A DNA stretch of 64,000 nt. Source: Flaccisagitta enflata. Lineage: Eukaryota. The notes under the pieces were generated by a model that saw only the letters and a program-made list of their open reading frames with translations, searched no databases and was not told the origin of the DNA. This document shows positions 53,001-64,000 of the stretch, in pieces. The stretch lies in assembly GCA_965153355.1 (NCBI GenBank), contig OZ231126.1, positions 35,154,001 to 35,218,000 of the forward strand. Direction: 5' to 3'. Every line of letters starts with the position of its first letter. Position 1 is the stretch's first letter. Both the position numbers and the translations under genes were made by a program.

Positions 53001-53967
53001 AAGATGGTATTTCACAGACTAGTTATGACGTGGAGGACAAAATTGTCTCAACTCTGATTTTGAGGGAAATGCTAACCAATGGTTTAACCAGTGATTTCTC
53101 AATTACTGCTATCACTGAAATCATTGAATACCGCGTCTCAGCATCAAACCCCTTTCATACACTGGAGGCGCCAGTGTTCAACGCTTTTAAGAATTATAAG
53201 CAATGCACTGGGTTTATTCAAATACTCAAAGGAAGTTTGAATTCTGCTATTGGAGCGTTTGGCATATCTGGACACAAGCATAAAAATAGCTATCTAATGA
53301 ATGAAAACGATATAAAAAGCATACAGGATCTGCATAATCTCTCTCATGGCACTCAGGTCAATGCAGAGAAAAGACTTTTCCATTTTGCAAGTTCATCGAG
53401 AATTTGTAACCTTAAACAATTGCATATGGCCATAATATCAAATGGAATCTCGATATTTATGAACTTTTTTTTGACGTGGAATTTTTATTTTCTTGGAGAA
53501 GCAGTACGTTTTAACACCGATGGTTTTTTAACTATGTTTAACCGAGCTTTCACCCCAGAAACACTATGTTCTAGTACATTAACTAGTGTATTGCTAGATC
53601 ACCATTTAAAAGTAACTATGAATACAGAGGAAGCTAATAGGTATTTTAAATGGAAAAAAAAGTTTTTTATTGCTTTGGACGAGATTCGGATTTGACCATA
53701 TTTTAAGTCACCCTATTGTATACGTTAGTTAATGGTGATATGTTTAAACAACGTACGTGATGCATTAATTACATGTCTAATGGTCTTGATTTTCCTGTGA
53801 AATTGGAGTTTCTTGGAAATGTATCAGTCGTGACCTCAGTCAACAAACTGTCCGTATTCAATAGCTATAAAAATGAGTATTTCATAAAGTGCAGTGGTAG
53901 CACTGATGAGTTTTTGTCAAACATCCACATGTACAGTTATGATCAGTTGAATGAAAAACTCTGTTAA
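50069..53967 (+). pseudogene. polB: Protein-primed family B DNA polymerase with N-terminal terminal-protein region, Zn finger and Vsr-like insert; disrupted
   Basis: Six ORF pieces linked by four -1 shifts and in-frame TGAs. Motifs: VRIQFSPN...FIWAS, DSNACVWLAL, FVCSKC...YH, A: NVDFEKFY, Vsr-like FYEADGCIWHSCP, B: KGSLNSAIG, C: RFNTDGF, and C-terminal KLEF...IKCSG. Confidence 0.85.
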
Positions 53968-53974
53968 TTTAAAT

Positions 53975-54055
53975 CTATTTATTGATATTTATTTTATTTA
54001 TTGAAATTAGGTAAAGCGATTGTGACAATAATATAAACGAGCAAAGCAAAATAAA
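53975..54055. terminator. Convergent polyadenylation signals between polB and the helicase
   Basis: Several TTTATT (AATAAA on - strand) at ~53977-54002 and AATAAA on + at 54050-54055. Confidence 0.4.
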
Positions 54056-54294
54056 TGACAATGACACATTTTGGGCCAATGACAAAAGATTGTGTATTTG
54101 GGCCAACGACAAAAGAACAAAGGAAATGGATGAATAAAGTAACTAATGAGTCGTCGAGGGACTGCAATTGAGTCAATGTCAAGCTTGGAAGATGCAAAAG
54201 TTATCTTGTCCAGGGATAACCATGAAGAAGCTAAAACAGTGCCCAATAAGTCAATTTTTTGACTGTGTGTCGCCCGGGGTTACGGGATTTGATG

Positions 54295-55755
54295 TCAGGG
54301 CAGATCCTGGATCGTGTCTTGCCCGGGAATGACGGGATCCGGACGGTCATTTAAATTGAAGTGACGAAGCCAAAGCCCGACCCAGTGGGCAGGGGTGATT
54401 ACGATTGGCGCTGGCAAAATGTAGCTGTATAAGAGGAAAGGATAGGGGGGGGGGCGCTTAAATTGATAACAAATGATGCAGAAAAGAGGTCTCTTTTTAG
54501 TCGCGTACACGCGACTCGCCAACTAGCTATGTCCGTTGGTTGGTTGGTCCGTCGGTAAGCTTTAGTTGTAATTGATGTTATGAACGGTTTGCCTCTTTTA
54601 TTACTGTCCCTGCCCACCACATGCGACTTCAGTAGCCGTGTAGTCTAAAATAATTACCTGAAAGGCCGGTTTGGGGGTATTTCGTATTTTGTCTTGAGCC
54701 GTGCAATTTGTTGAGGGGTCGCGGCCTCGATTTGCTCCTTAGTTTCCGTGACCACGGGGGTGGACATTTGGAACTCGAAACATCTGTAAAGTAATGCGGG
54801 GTGACATTTGGTACAGGTCAATGAGTAAGGGAGACTGTATATGAAATGCATATAAGTGCCATCCGTTTAATTTGTCCATCCGTCCGTCTGAATGTGTGAC
54901 GTAACTTCTATTGTGCATATTATGAAATAATTACCTTGAACGCAAAGCGTTGAGGTTTCTTTGGTCCCCTGCGGGCACGTAGGCACTTAATTCGTCAGTG
55001 GATGTCACCCAAATGCGGTAGGGGGTGGTTCTCATCGACGCCGATTTCCCTTTTTTGTTTATTACCGTGGGAGAACCTTCAAACATGAGCTTGAGCTAAG
55101 AAATCGGCAAAAAACCTGTCTTGAGCTCCTAAGGGAAGGGACGCGGGGTTACATTTATAATTACATGGGCATGGGCAATGGTAGTAATGATTTTTGATTA
55201 CGGACATGCGACTGTATATTTTACCATGTTGGTTGTTAGGGTTGTGAGTCTGTCCGTAGCATAAGATTTGAAAGCATAAGCAGAAGCATAAAGCATGAGT
55301 AACAGCTAATGTTTAAGGCTAAGGCTAAGGCTAAGGCTAAGAGCTAATAGTAAAAAAAAGAAAAGCAATAAACTAACCTCGGCAAAGACGATATGACATT
55401 AGTCATTCAGTCACATGAAAAAGTTCGCTGAAAATAAAAGAAGAAAAAAATTGTATAGGAACCTGGGATTAACGACATGATGGGCAGGGGTGGGTACGGC
55501 ACAATGGGCAGGGGAGGGTACTTCAATTTGAGAATATGTGAAGATTTGATTGATCAATAACTCACCTTTCATGATTTGGATAACAAAGATAAATGCTCTC
55601 AAGGAGACATTTGCTGAGGAAGCTTTTCTATAGGGAAATGGATGGGCAGGGGCAGTGATATGGATGGGTTGGAATGAAAGAAAAAAAATCAGGGAAAAAA
55701 ATAATTATGAACGTGTACTTAGGTTTTATTTCTTCTATTTTGCCTTTTTTCTTGT

Positions 55756-55807
<52 letters not shown>

Positions 55808-56090
55808 TATTTCTACATCATGTATTTGTTTGTTTGTTTTATGTTTGTTTGTTTGTTTGTTTGTTTTTCATACCCCAGAATTGGAACTCCCATAGAAGAA
55901 CGCGCGGGTTATTGAGTCGCGTGCACGCGACTAAAAACAACAAAAAATATCGGATTCAACAAGATTCTTAGCGCATGACCTACAGGCTACAGATGTATCT
56001 ACGTTGCTCCTTACCTTTTTGCCTCATGTCAGTCGTCTTTAGTTGCAGAAACACGTCTCAATCTTGAAGGCCATTATTTCTGATGTTCGT
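54295..56090 (-). pseudogene. Spliced superfamily 3 helicase, parvoviral NS1-like; nonsense-disrupted
   Basis: Exons (56090-56015 tentative), 55930-55874, 55627-55566, 55427-55378, 55128-54935, 54783-54658, 54424-54295, with GT-AG introns. Rebuilds Walker A FFYGSSNSG|KS, Walker B HIVFAE|EL, B' LKLMFEGSPTVINKKG, motif C RIWVTS and ALRS|RCFEF. Three stops and one frameshift in the core. Confidence 0.75.
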
Positions 56091-56344
56091 CTTAAAATGA
56101 AACTCCCAAAGAGCGCATTAAGAAAGCCGAAAAAAAGGCATTCGAGATACCTCTGGTTCTTGACTTTTTTTTTCTCTTTTTTTTCTTTTTTTTCAATTGC
56201 GTTTCCTCCGAATTCCTTTTGAATCCGTCTTGGATCTAGTCACGATTCATGAGATCACAAGATCATCTCAACAACAAGACAACCATCTCAAGGTTTCCAC
56301 GCAATTCCGTCTGACGTCAACAAACCTTCTCAAGGCGCCGGCAC

Positions 56345-56520
56345 GTTACTGTGCTTGGCTTTGCTTTCCTGGACGTGACTGTGCTAGACTGTGCTTTACT
56401 ATGCTTGACTTTCCTTGACTGTGCTTGCCTGTGCTTGACTTTGCGTGACTATGCTTGACTGTGCGTGACTGTACTTGCCTGTGCGCGACTGTGCGCGACT
56501 GTGTTTGATTGCGCGTGACT
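56345..56520. repeat. 10-bp tandem (TGACTGTGCT/G)n near the putative right end of the element
   Basis: Direct reading of the sequence. Confidence 0.8.
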
Positions 56521-57741
56521 CACTTCACTGCACAGTCTTTTTATTCAATGTCGTGTTTAACTGTCGGTCCGTGGGTTGGTAATGCTACAGTTTTTCTGTT
56601 TTTTCTTTAAATTTTGTATCTTGGTACTTGCTTCCCCGTGCGACTGGTTTTGTTTTTTATTTATTTATTTATTTATTTTCTTTTTTTTTTAGTCTTTCTG
56701 TCTGTCCGATCATTCATGTGACGAATCCATAAAAAAAACGCGCTAATGAAAATGAAATCAGTGATCGATCATAAATGACCCTTTTCTCACCTCCACGAAA
56801 CCCAACACGAGAAATGATCGTATTTCTAAGACATCTGCAAAACACTCGCTCACCGCTCAACGAGTCAATCGCCCGTCTCATTATTACTGACCTTATTTCT
56901 CTGCTGCTGAAATCCAATACACTACGCTTCATTAGCGAGGCAGGATACACGGCAATCTTCCAGTGGGCAATCTTCAAGTTCAAGTGGGCACGGGTAGTGT
57001 AGTGGGCAGGCAGTAAGAATGAAGTCTTCAAAATAGCTTTTAGCATTTTAGGTTTTAGTTAAAAATGCTTGATAGCAAAAGCGCGACCGACCGACCAACC
57101 GACTGACCAACCGTAAAAGGATTTTATAGATTCGCTTAACACGCGACTCAAAACGACCGTAGTTCTCAACTTTCGGTAAATGGATATTACATTTACTTTT
57201 GATTTGAATCACGATTATTTTAGTCTGAACATCAGGACCCTTTACCAATATTTTGTGCCTTTTTGGAAAAAAAACCTTATTTTGACTTGCCAATATCGAA
57301 TAGAAATTTTGGCTCGCAAACAAACCGCACATCAAATCCAAATCAGAGGCCCCGCACTTCTTATTCACTGCCCTGCCTACCTACACGCTAGTTAGATACC
57401 CGCATGTATGAGCAAACGCAATGTATGTGTATGTTCCCTGATTCTCTCAGCATCAATGTATTTCTCTGTCTCGCATCCAATTCCAAATCAGAGGCGCCGC
57501 GCCGCTGTCAAAATCACAGAAGCCTCTGCAGAACAAGCCAGCCAGTAATGAAAAGACTAACAAAGCAATTTAAAAAAAAACGAAAAAATGAAGAAAAAAA
57601 ACTGCGCCCTTTGTGTGTGTTTTTGAAATAAATGAAATTGAAAAAGCAAATTATGGATAGTGCTCTTGGATCTTGGTGCGGTTGAAGATAATAAAGTCCG
57701 CAAAATTTGATTCGAATAACTACAACAAAATTACAATTGGC

Positions 57742-58353
<612 letters not shown>

Positions 58354-59023
58354 CGTGGCCACGATTGCAAATGTCGAACACAAGTCGCATCTGAAACAAT
58401 CTTCCCAATCTCACTCCGTGCCGCGGTTTCAAATGACTGCATGAGCTCATTTTCCATTAGTACAGGATTACCTAGTTCCGGGGATGAAAATTGGGGTAGT
58501 TTAGTAGATAGCATGTTGTGTGGGCTATGTGAAGGAGATAAAAAGTATACACGGTCAGCGATATACTTGAATTAAAAGAACTAACTGGATACTTAAACTA
58601 ACAAGCTCATTAGAGCTAAGTCGAGTGCTTCGGCACTTACAAAAAAAGTCAGGCAGACAGACTGACAAACAGTTTTTTTTTTCAAAAAGACATTTGAAAT
58701 GGCTGTTTACTCCACAAAGTTCCTACTCTACCATTCATAAACATGAAAAACGCTTTGAAAAGCCTTTAAAAGAGTTTTTTACGGACCGACCGAAAAGTGG
58801 CTTATAGAGTCGCGCAGCACGCGACTAGAAAGAAAGAGCAAGTGAGGTCAAATGGGCCAAAAACGTGCGCCGTGTGGATTGCCAAATGTTTGCGTTACCG
58901 ACAGACCAACCGATCGACCGACCGACCGACGGACACAGCCAGATATAGAGGTTCGTTGGGGCACCTAAAAACTGCAGAAAGAAAAAGAAGCTGAATTGAT
59001 ACGGCTTTAGAAGCTAAGCCAAA

Positions 59024-59478
59024 CAAATCCGGATACACGGCAACCCCAGTCGGGTGCGGGTGGGCAGGGGCTGTAATTTAGGTCACAAGATCATTTGGGC
59101 AGGAGCAAAAAACCAAAAACCAAAAAAGTAAAGTGTGACGGTCGAACCGACGGACCGACGGACCAACGGACGGACCGACAGACCGACAAAGCGGGGTGTA
59201 GACTGTAGAGTCGCGTAGCGACTAAAAACTGTGATGTTTATTTCTTTCTTCTTGGCAAACCGGAAGTAAGCAGTAACAAGGCCGGATACACGGCTACCCC
59301 AGTCGCGTGCGGGTGGGCAGGGGCTGTAATTGAGGTCACCAGATCATTTGGGCAGGAGCAGTGAAGCCAAAAATCCCAAAAACCCAAAAAAAGTAAAGTG
59401 TGACAGACGGACGGACCGACGGACGGACCGACGGACCGACAAAGCGGGGTGTAGAACCGCGTAGCACGCGACTATAAA
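59024..59478. mobile_element. Two adjacent same-orientation copies of HINE-like family A
   Basis: CCGGATACACGGC..CCCCAGTCG...AAAGCGGGGTGTAGA...GCGACTA present at 59024-59228 and 59275-59478. Confidence 0.75.
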
Positions 59479-60784
59479 AAAATCAACAAAAAAATAATAA
59501 CGTCACGACATGGAAGCATACTAGCTGTGCCCGCTGTTTCACCCGTTTCCAGGTTTTATGATAAAGATATTGGCAAACTTTCTCCTACCTTTAGTACCTT
59601 TACGTGTACCAACGCGCCTCTTTAAAAGGCTCTGTCCGCCTGTCCGTATGTTGGTCCGTCCAATTATCAGCACATGTATCTGGCCTTGTTTTCTCGCCTG
59701 TTTCCTCTTTTTATTTCCTTGTTTTGCTTTTGAAGGTTGGATGCAAAAACAAGGAGGAAGCGGAGAAAGCGGAGGGAGCAGAGGAAGCAGAGGCGGATAT
59801 CACAACAGAAAATGAATTTTGTTAATATATCGGAGTGGGAAATTTACAGCTTTCTGAGGACACGCATTGAAAATATAGAAGTGGGTGAACCATGAAAAAG
59901 AAAATGGAAGGAAATGGGAGGCGGAGATAGAAATTCTTTTTTTTTAACAAAAATTTTTGTTTTTTTAAGTTGCGTTCATGCAATTCGATAAGAGGCTTTG
60001 TCCGTCCGTCCGTCCGTCCGTCCGTCCGTCCGTCCGTTGGTCCATCCATCGGTTCAGGGTCATTGAGTTGAGAAGTGGAAAAACATGCGTTTTTGATACT
60101 AATTGTGTATGTTTGTATGTATGGGATGGGGGTTGGGGTGTACATGGGGGTTGGATGCCCCCGCCCATCCGTCCATAACAATATTGTGACCCCGCGTCAC
60201 TTGTTTTCTATCTTTAGATGAAATGCTTAGTAATTCCCCTCTCCTCTGCATTCTGCCACTCCCGCATCGCATCTGCAAAAATTCATGATCATTTTAATAA
60301 AATGCCTAAATCTTAATCAAACAAACCTGTACCAAATGATACCAGCTTACCTGATTCAATTACAAAGATCATTTTAGATCATTTTGCTAGAGAAGATAAA
60401 GGTCAATTAGCACAGCTCAAAACGACAATACTTCAGTTTTCTTTTGAATTAAAGTTTTCTTATTCAGATGAAAATTTTTCATTACCTAGTCTAAAAACAG
60501 TAAAGCTTAGTTCAGATGATCTGAAGCCATTGGCAATGTGCATTGGTCTGAAAAGAAAAACAGTTCAAGCAAACAACTAAAGAGAGAGAGTGCTATTAAA
60601 CCCGATTGGGCGGTAAAACCAATACGCGTCAGGCGTAAAAAAGATCCTCCCCGGAAGTAGTAAAAATTGAAATTTGCGAGCAACCACCTGAACTCAAGCT
60701 CCGCAGGTTGTAGGTTCATGTCACAAACCGGCTGGCAGATGGTTTAAGTTTTTTTCATACTCTTTTATACTGGTGTTGCATATA

Positions 60785-61186
60785 CAGAAGGGACCCTAAT
60801 AAGAGCGGAGGAGGGACCCAATTGTTACATGCCCCCCCTACAGCTCACATGGTTCAATCAATTTTCTCATTTGCAGTGGCAGTTGACACCGTAGGTGGAT
60901 ACAATTGGCGCCACCGTGGCGATTTTTCAATTTCCACCTTTAACCCCCTCAAAGGGCCAAATTTGGATCAAAATCTTAGAAAAAAAATTATTTAATTTTC
61001 CGAGCTTTTGGAGTGGTTTGGGGGGGTTCAGGGTGGAAATTGCAAAATCGCCATGGTGGCGCCATTTGTATTCACCTAAAATGTCAACCGCCACTGCAAG
61101 TGTGGGAATTGATTGAACCATGTGAGCTGTAGGGGGGGCATGTAACACTTTGGGTCCCTCCTCCGCTCTTATTAGGGTCCCGTCTG
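60785..61186. mobile_element. Palindromic TA-flanked MITE
   Basis: TA|CAGAAGGGACCCTAATAAGAGCGGAGG ... CCTCCGCTCTTATTAGGGTCCCGTCTG|TA. Confidence 0.85.
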
Positions 61187-64000
61187 TATATATCATCTTG
61201 CCTTATGATTGAACCTGGATGCTTCAATTGAGGGTGAAATAATATTCTCTTTTTGATCACGACGAAATACTTGATCATGTTTTTAGTCGCTTGCTAAGCG
61301 ACTCTATAAGAGGATGTGTCCCTTGGTAGGTAGGTATGTTGGTTGGTTGGTTGGTTGGTTGGTTGGTTGGGAGATTGACTGAATTGAATGAATTATTTTT
61401 ACTGCCCTGGCCAAACTATATTAAAGCCTCTCACGATTCGTAATTAATGGGAAGTACATATACAAACAGACCATCGTCCAATTCTTGGTCATTTCGACCC
61501 AAAATTGTGTGCTGAATGCCGGAAAACCGTCGCGAAATATTTTTAGCTGTAATATTTTTGTCAGTCTGCTGATCTTTACAGCCTTCTTGATGATGGAAAA
61601 AGGAAAAAAATTGTTTACTTTATTTTCTTTATTATTTCTAAATGGGTTGGAAAAGAAAACTTGGTATTGGTCTCATTTGAAAGATATTTAAAGATTAAAA
61701 ATGGATCATGGAAATATTCAGGATGAGGGCCCGTGAAGGGTCCTTCAGGGGCCCCTTAAGGGCCTGAAATGACCAAAATTGCAAAATATGACCAAAATCA
61801 TGAGTCCCTTCTGGTTTTTTTTCTTCAACAAATCAGGCCGGATACATGGCTATCCAAATTGTGTGCTGGTGGGCAGGGGTAGTAATAAATGGCCCCTATA
61901 TAAGTATAAATAGATGTGTGGTAGTGAGAGGTGCAGCTGCCTCAAAGGGGCCAATGACCTATGCTTAGTGAGTCTAAAGCCTCTAGGATGAGAGCTGAAC
62001 CTGAAAGGTTAGTTTTGAGCCTTTAGGCTGGTATTTGAGCCTTGAGGCTGGTATTTGAGCCTTGAGGCTGGTATTTGAGCCTTGAGGCTAGTTTTTGGGC
62101 AGCGGCGCCAAAAGGGACAAAGTCCTGTAGAACACAGGATTGGATTTGGATTTAACATGCTTCTAGAACACAGGAGACTTTCGTTTGTTCGTCCATCCGT
62201 TCGTTCATTCCCCCCGGGCCCTTTCAGGCCTTGAATCTGCCCTCTTAGGCCAGAAATTTGCCCTTTCAGGCCTGAAACCTGTCTTCTCAGGCCTAAAATC
62301 TGCCCTCCCACGCCAGAAATCTTCCCTCTCAGATGCTAGGCCTGAGAGGGCAGATTTCAGGCTTGAGAGGGCAGATTTTAGGCCTGAGAGGGCCACAGGG
62401 GGGGGGCGAACGGACGGACGGACGGACAAATGAACGAACGAAAGTCCCCTGTGTTCTACAGGACTTCGTCCCCTTTGGAGCCGCTGCCCTGCCTCTCATT
62501 CCAATTTACAACCATGCAAAGCAGGCAACGGGTATCGCTGACCATGTATTGCCCTTGGGCAACCTGTTGAGCCTTGAAGCTGGTATTTGAGCCTTGAGGC
62601 AGGTAGTTGAGCCTCAAGGATGGAATTTGAGCCTCTTGGCTGGAATTTGAGCCTCGGCCGCTGCCCAAAACGGCTTACCAAGTAGGCAGGAGCAATAAGG
62701 CAATAAGGCCGCTGCCCAAAAAAGGGAACAACCAACCCACCGACCGACCAAGTAGGCAGGAGCAATAAGGCAATAACTGTCTGTAAATGTTGAGAAAGTA
62801 AAGTTTGATGGATGGACTGATCAACGGATGGACCAAAGGTTGGACCAACAGGCGGTTTGACAAAGCATGTATTCGCGTGCATGGGACAAAATATCAGAAC
62901 CAGTTGCTTAAGGGCAGATTTCAGGCTTTTTGCGGGCAGATTACAGGCCTGAGAGGGCAGATTTTAGGCCTGAGAAGGCAGATTTTAGGCTTGAGAGAGC
63001 AGATTCCAGGCCCACCCTGAAATCAAAAGCTGCTGATACCAGCAAAACCTTTATTGTGCCTGAAATATTCATTTTTAGAAATTCGGATTGGTTTTGTCTT
63101 AAAGCACATTACCTACCATTTATTTATACAAAATTTCATAGCACTGGCTCTAGCAGTTAAGCTTCCACACAGTTTTGGGTAAAAATATGATTTACCCCAT
63201 GTGAGGTTTCTGTAGAAATTGATAAACTGACCTCTGTAGCTTTAAATCGATGTTATATCTTTATGAATCAGTCATAAATGCTAAAAGAACAGAAAAGTTT
63301 CTGAAAAGAATTCGCAACGACACGTTTCTGGCTGGCTTGTTCTCGCCTTAATTCTCTGTACTTCAATTGATTATTGTACTATTTTCTATTTATTTATTTT
63401 TCTTTTGTACCACTACACTACTGCTGTGTGAATACATTGATTATAAATGGCCAGATTGGTCTTAAAAGTAAGACATTTAAAAAAATAAAATATCAAGATA
63501 CTGAAATTCATCATGCAATCCCAATTTTTTCCTCTGATTGTTTCTGTTTGAGTAGGTTTTGTCCCCTTTGGAGCCGCAGCCCAAAAACCAGAACATGGCA
63601 CTTTTTAGTGGCATGTTACGCGACTCAACACCCTGCTTAGTGCAATGGTGCTCACAAACCTAATTAAGCAGAAATCTCCCTGTGTTCTACAGGACATCGT
63701 CCCCTTTGAGGCCACTGCCCTGCTACCCATCAACTACATTGACAAACATCCAAAGCAGGGCAACAGGTATTGCTGACCACATATTGCCCTTGGGCAACTG
63801 GTTTTGACCTGAAGAGCAGATTTGAGATAAGGTGGCAGGCCTGAGGCTCAAAGGGCAGCTTTGAGGTCTTGAAAGCTGATTTGAGGCCTGGAGGGCTGAT
63901 TTGAGGACTTGTTTTTTAGTCGCATGCTACATGACTAAAACCTAATACAGTGGAACCCCGCAATAACAGCCTCGCTTTCAAAGGTTCCCCATCAATAAAG

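Larger units (their letters stand above)
32220..56520. mobile_element. Endogenous Polinton/Maverick (adintovirus-like) virus with intron-containing genes; boundaries approximate
   Basis: Cluster of ATPase, integrase, penton-like, major capsid, pPolB and SF3 helicase genes within a repeat-rich non-coding background. Core from 37,650 to 55,930 is well supported. The ends are inferred only from the change in sequence character; no TIR or TSD found. Confidence 0.9.

Noticed and set aside
52319-53760. Alternative genetic code (TGA read as Cys or Trp) to explain in-frame TGAs in polB
   Set aside because: TGA is the natural terminator of the MCP and other ORFs, and TAA/TAG interruptions also occur; decay is simpler.

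Overview
Eukaryotic (probably invertebrate) genomic DNA. The flanks (1-31,200 and 56,550-64,000) consist of microsatellites, minisatellites, MITEs and Helentron/DINE-1-like repeats, with no recognisable host gene. The central ~22-25 kb (about 32-34 kb to 56.5 kb) is an endogenous Polinton/Maverick (adintovirus-like) DNA virus. It encodes a packaging ATPase, two conserved Polinton proteins, a DDE integrase, a probable penton, a double-jelly-roll major capsid protein, basic core-like proteins, a probable protease remnant, a protein-primed PolB with a Vsr-like insert, and a convergent parvovirus-NS1-like SF3 helicase. The striking feature is that many viral genes are split by GT-AG spliceosomal-type introns, at least 16 reconstructed by hand. 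The capsid gene has 9 exons whose 8 junctions join in phase, apart from one 1-nt frameshift inside exon 1. Both P-loop NTPases have their Walker A motif cut by an intron, so the ORF track misses most of this. Host repeats sit in the introns rather than the exons. The copy is partly decayed, with nonsense codons and several -1 frameshifts mostly at homopolymers, and I found no terminal inverted repeats. All homology calls come from motif recognition by eye, not database searches, and splicing is inferred, not observed.
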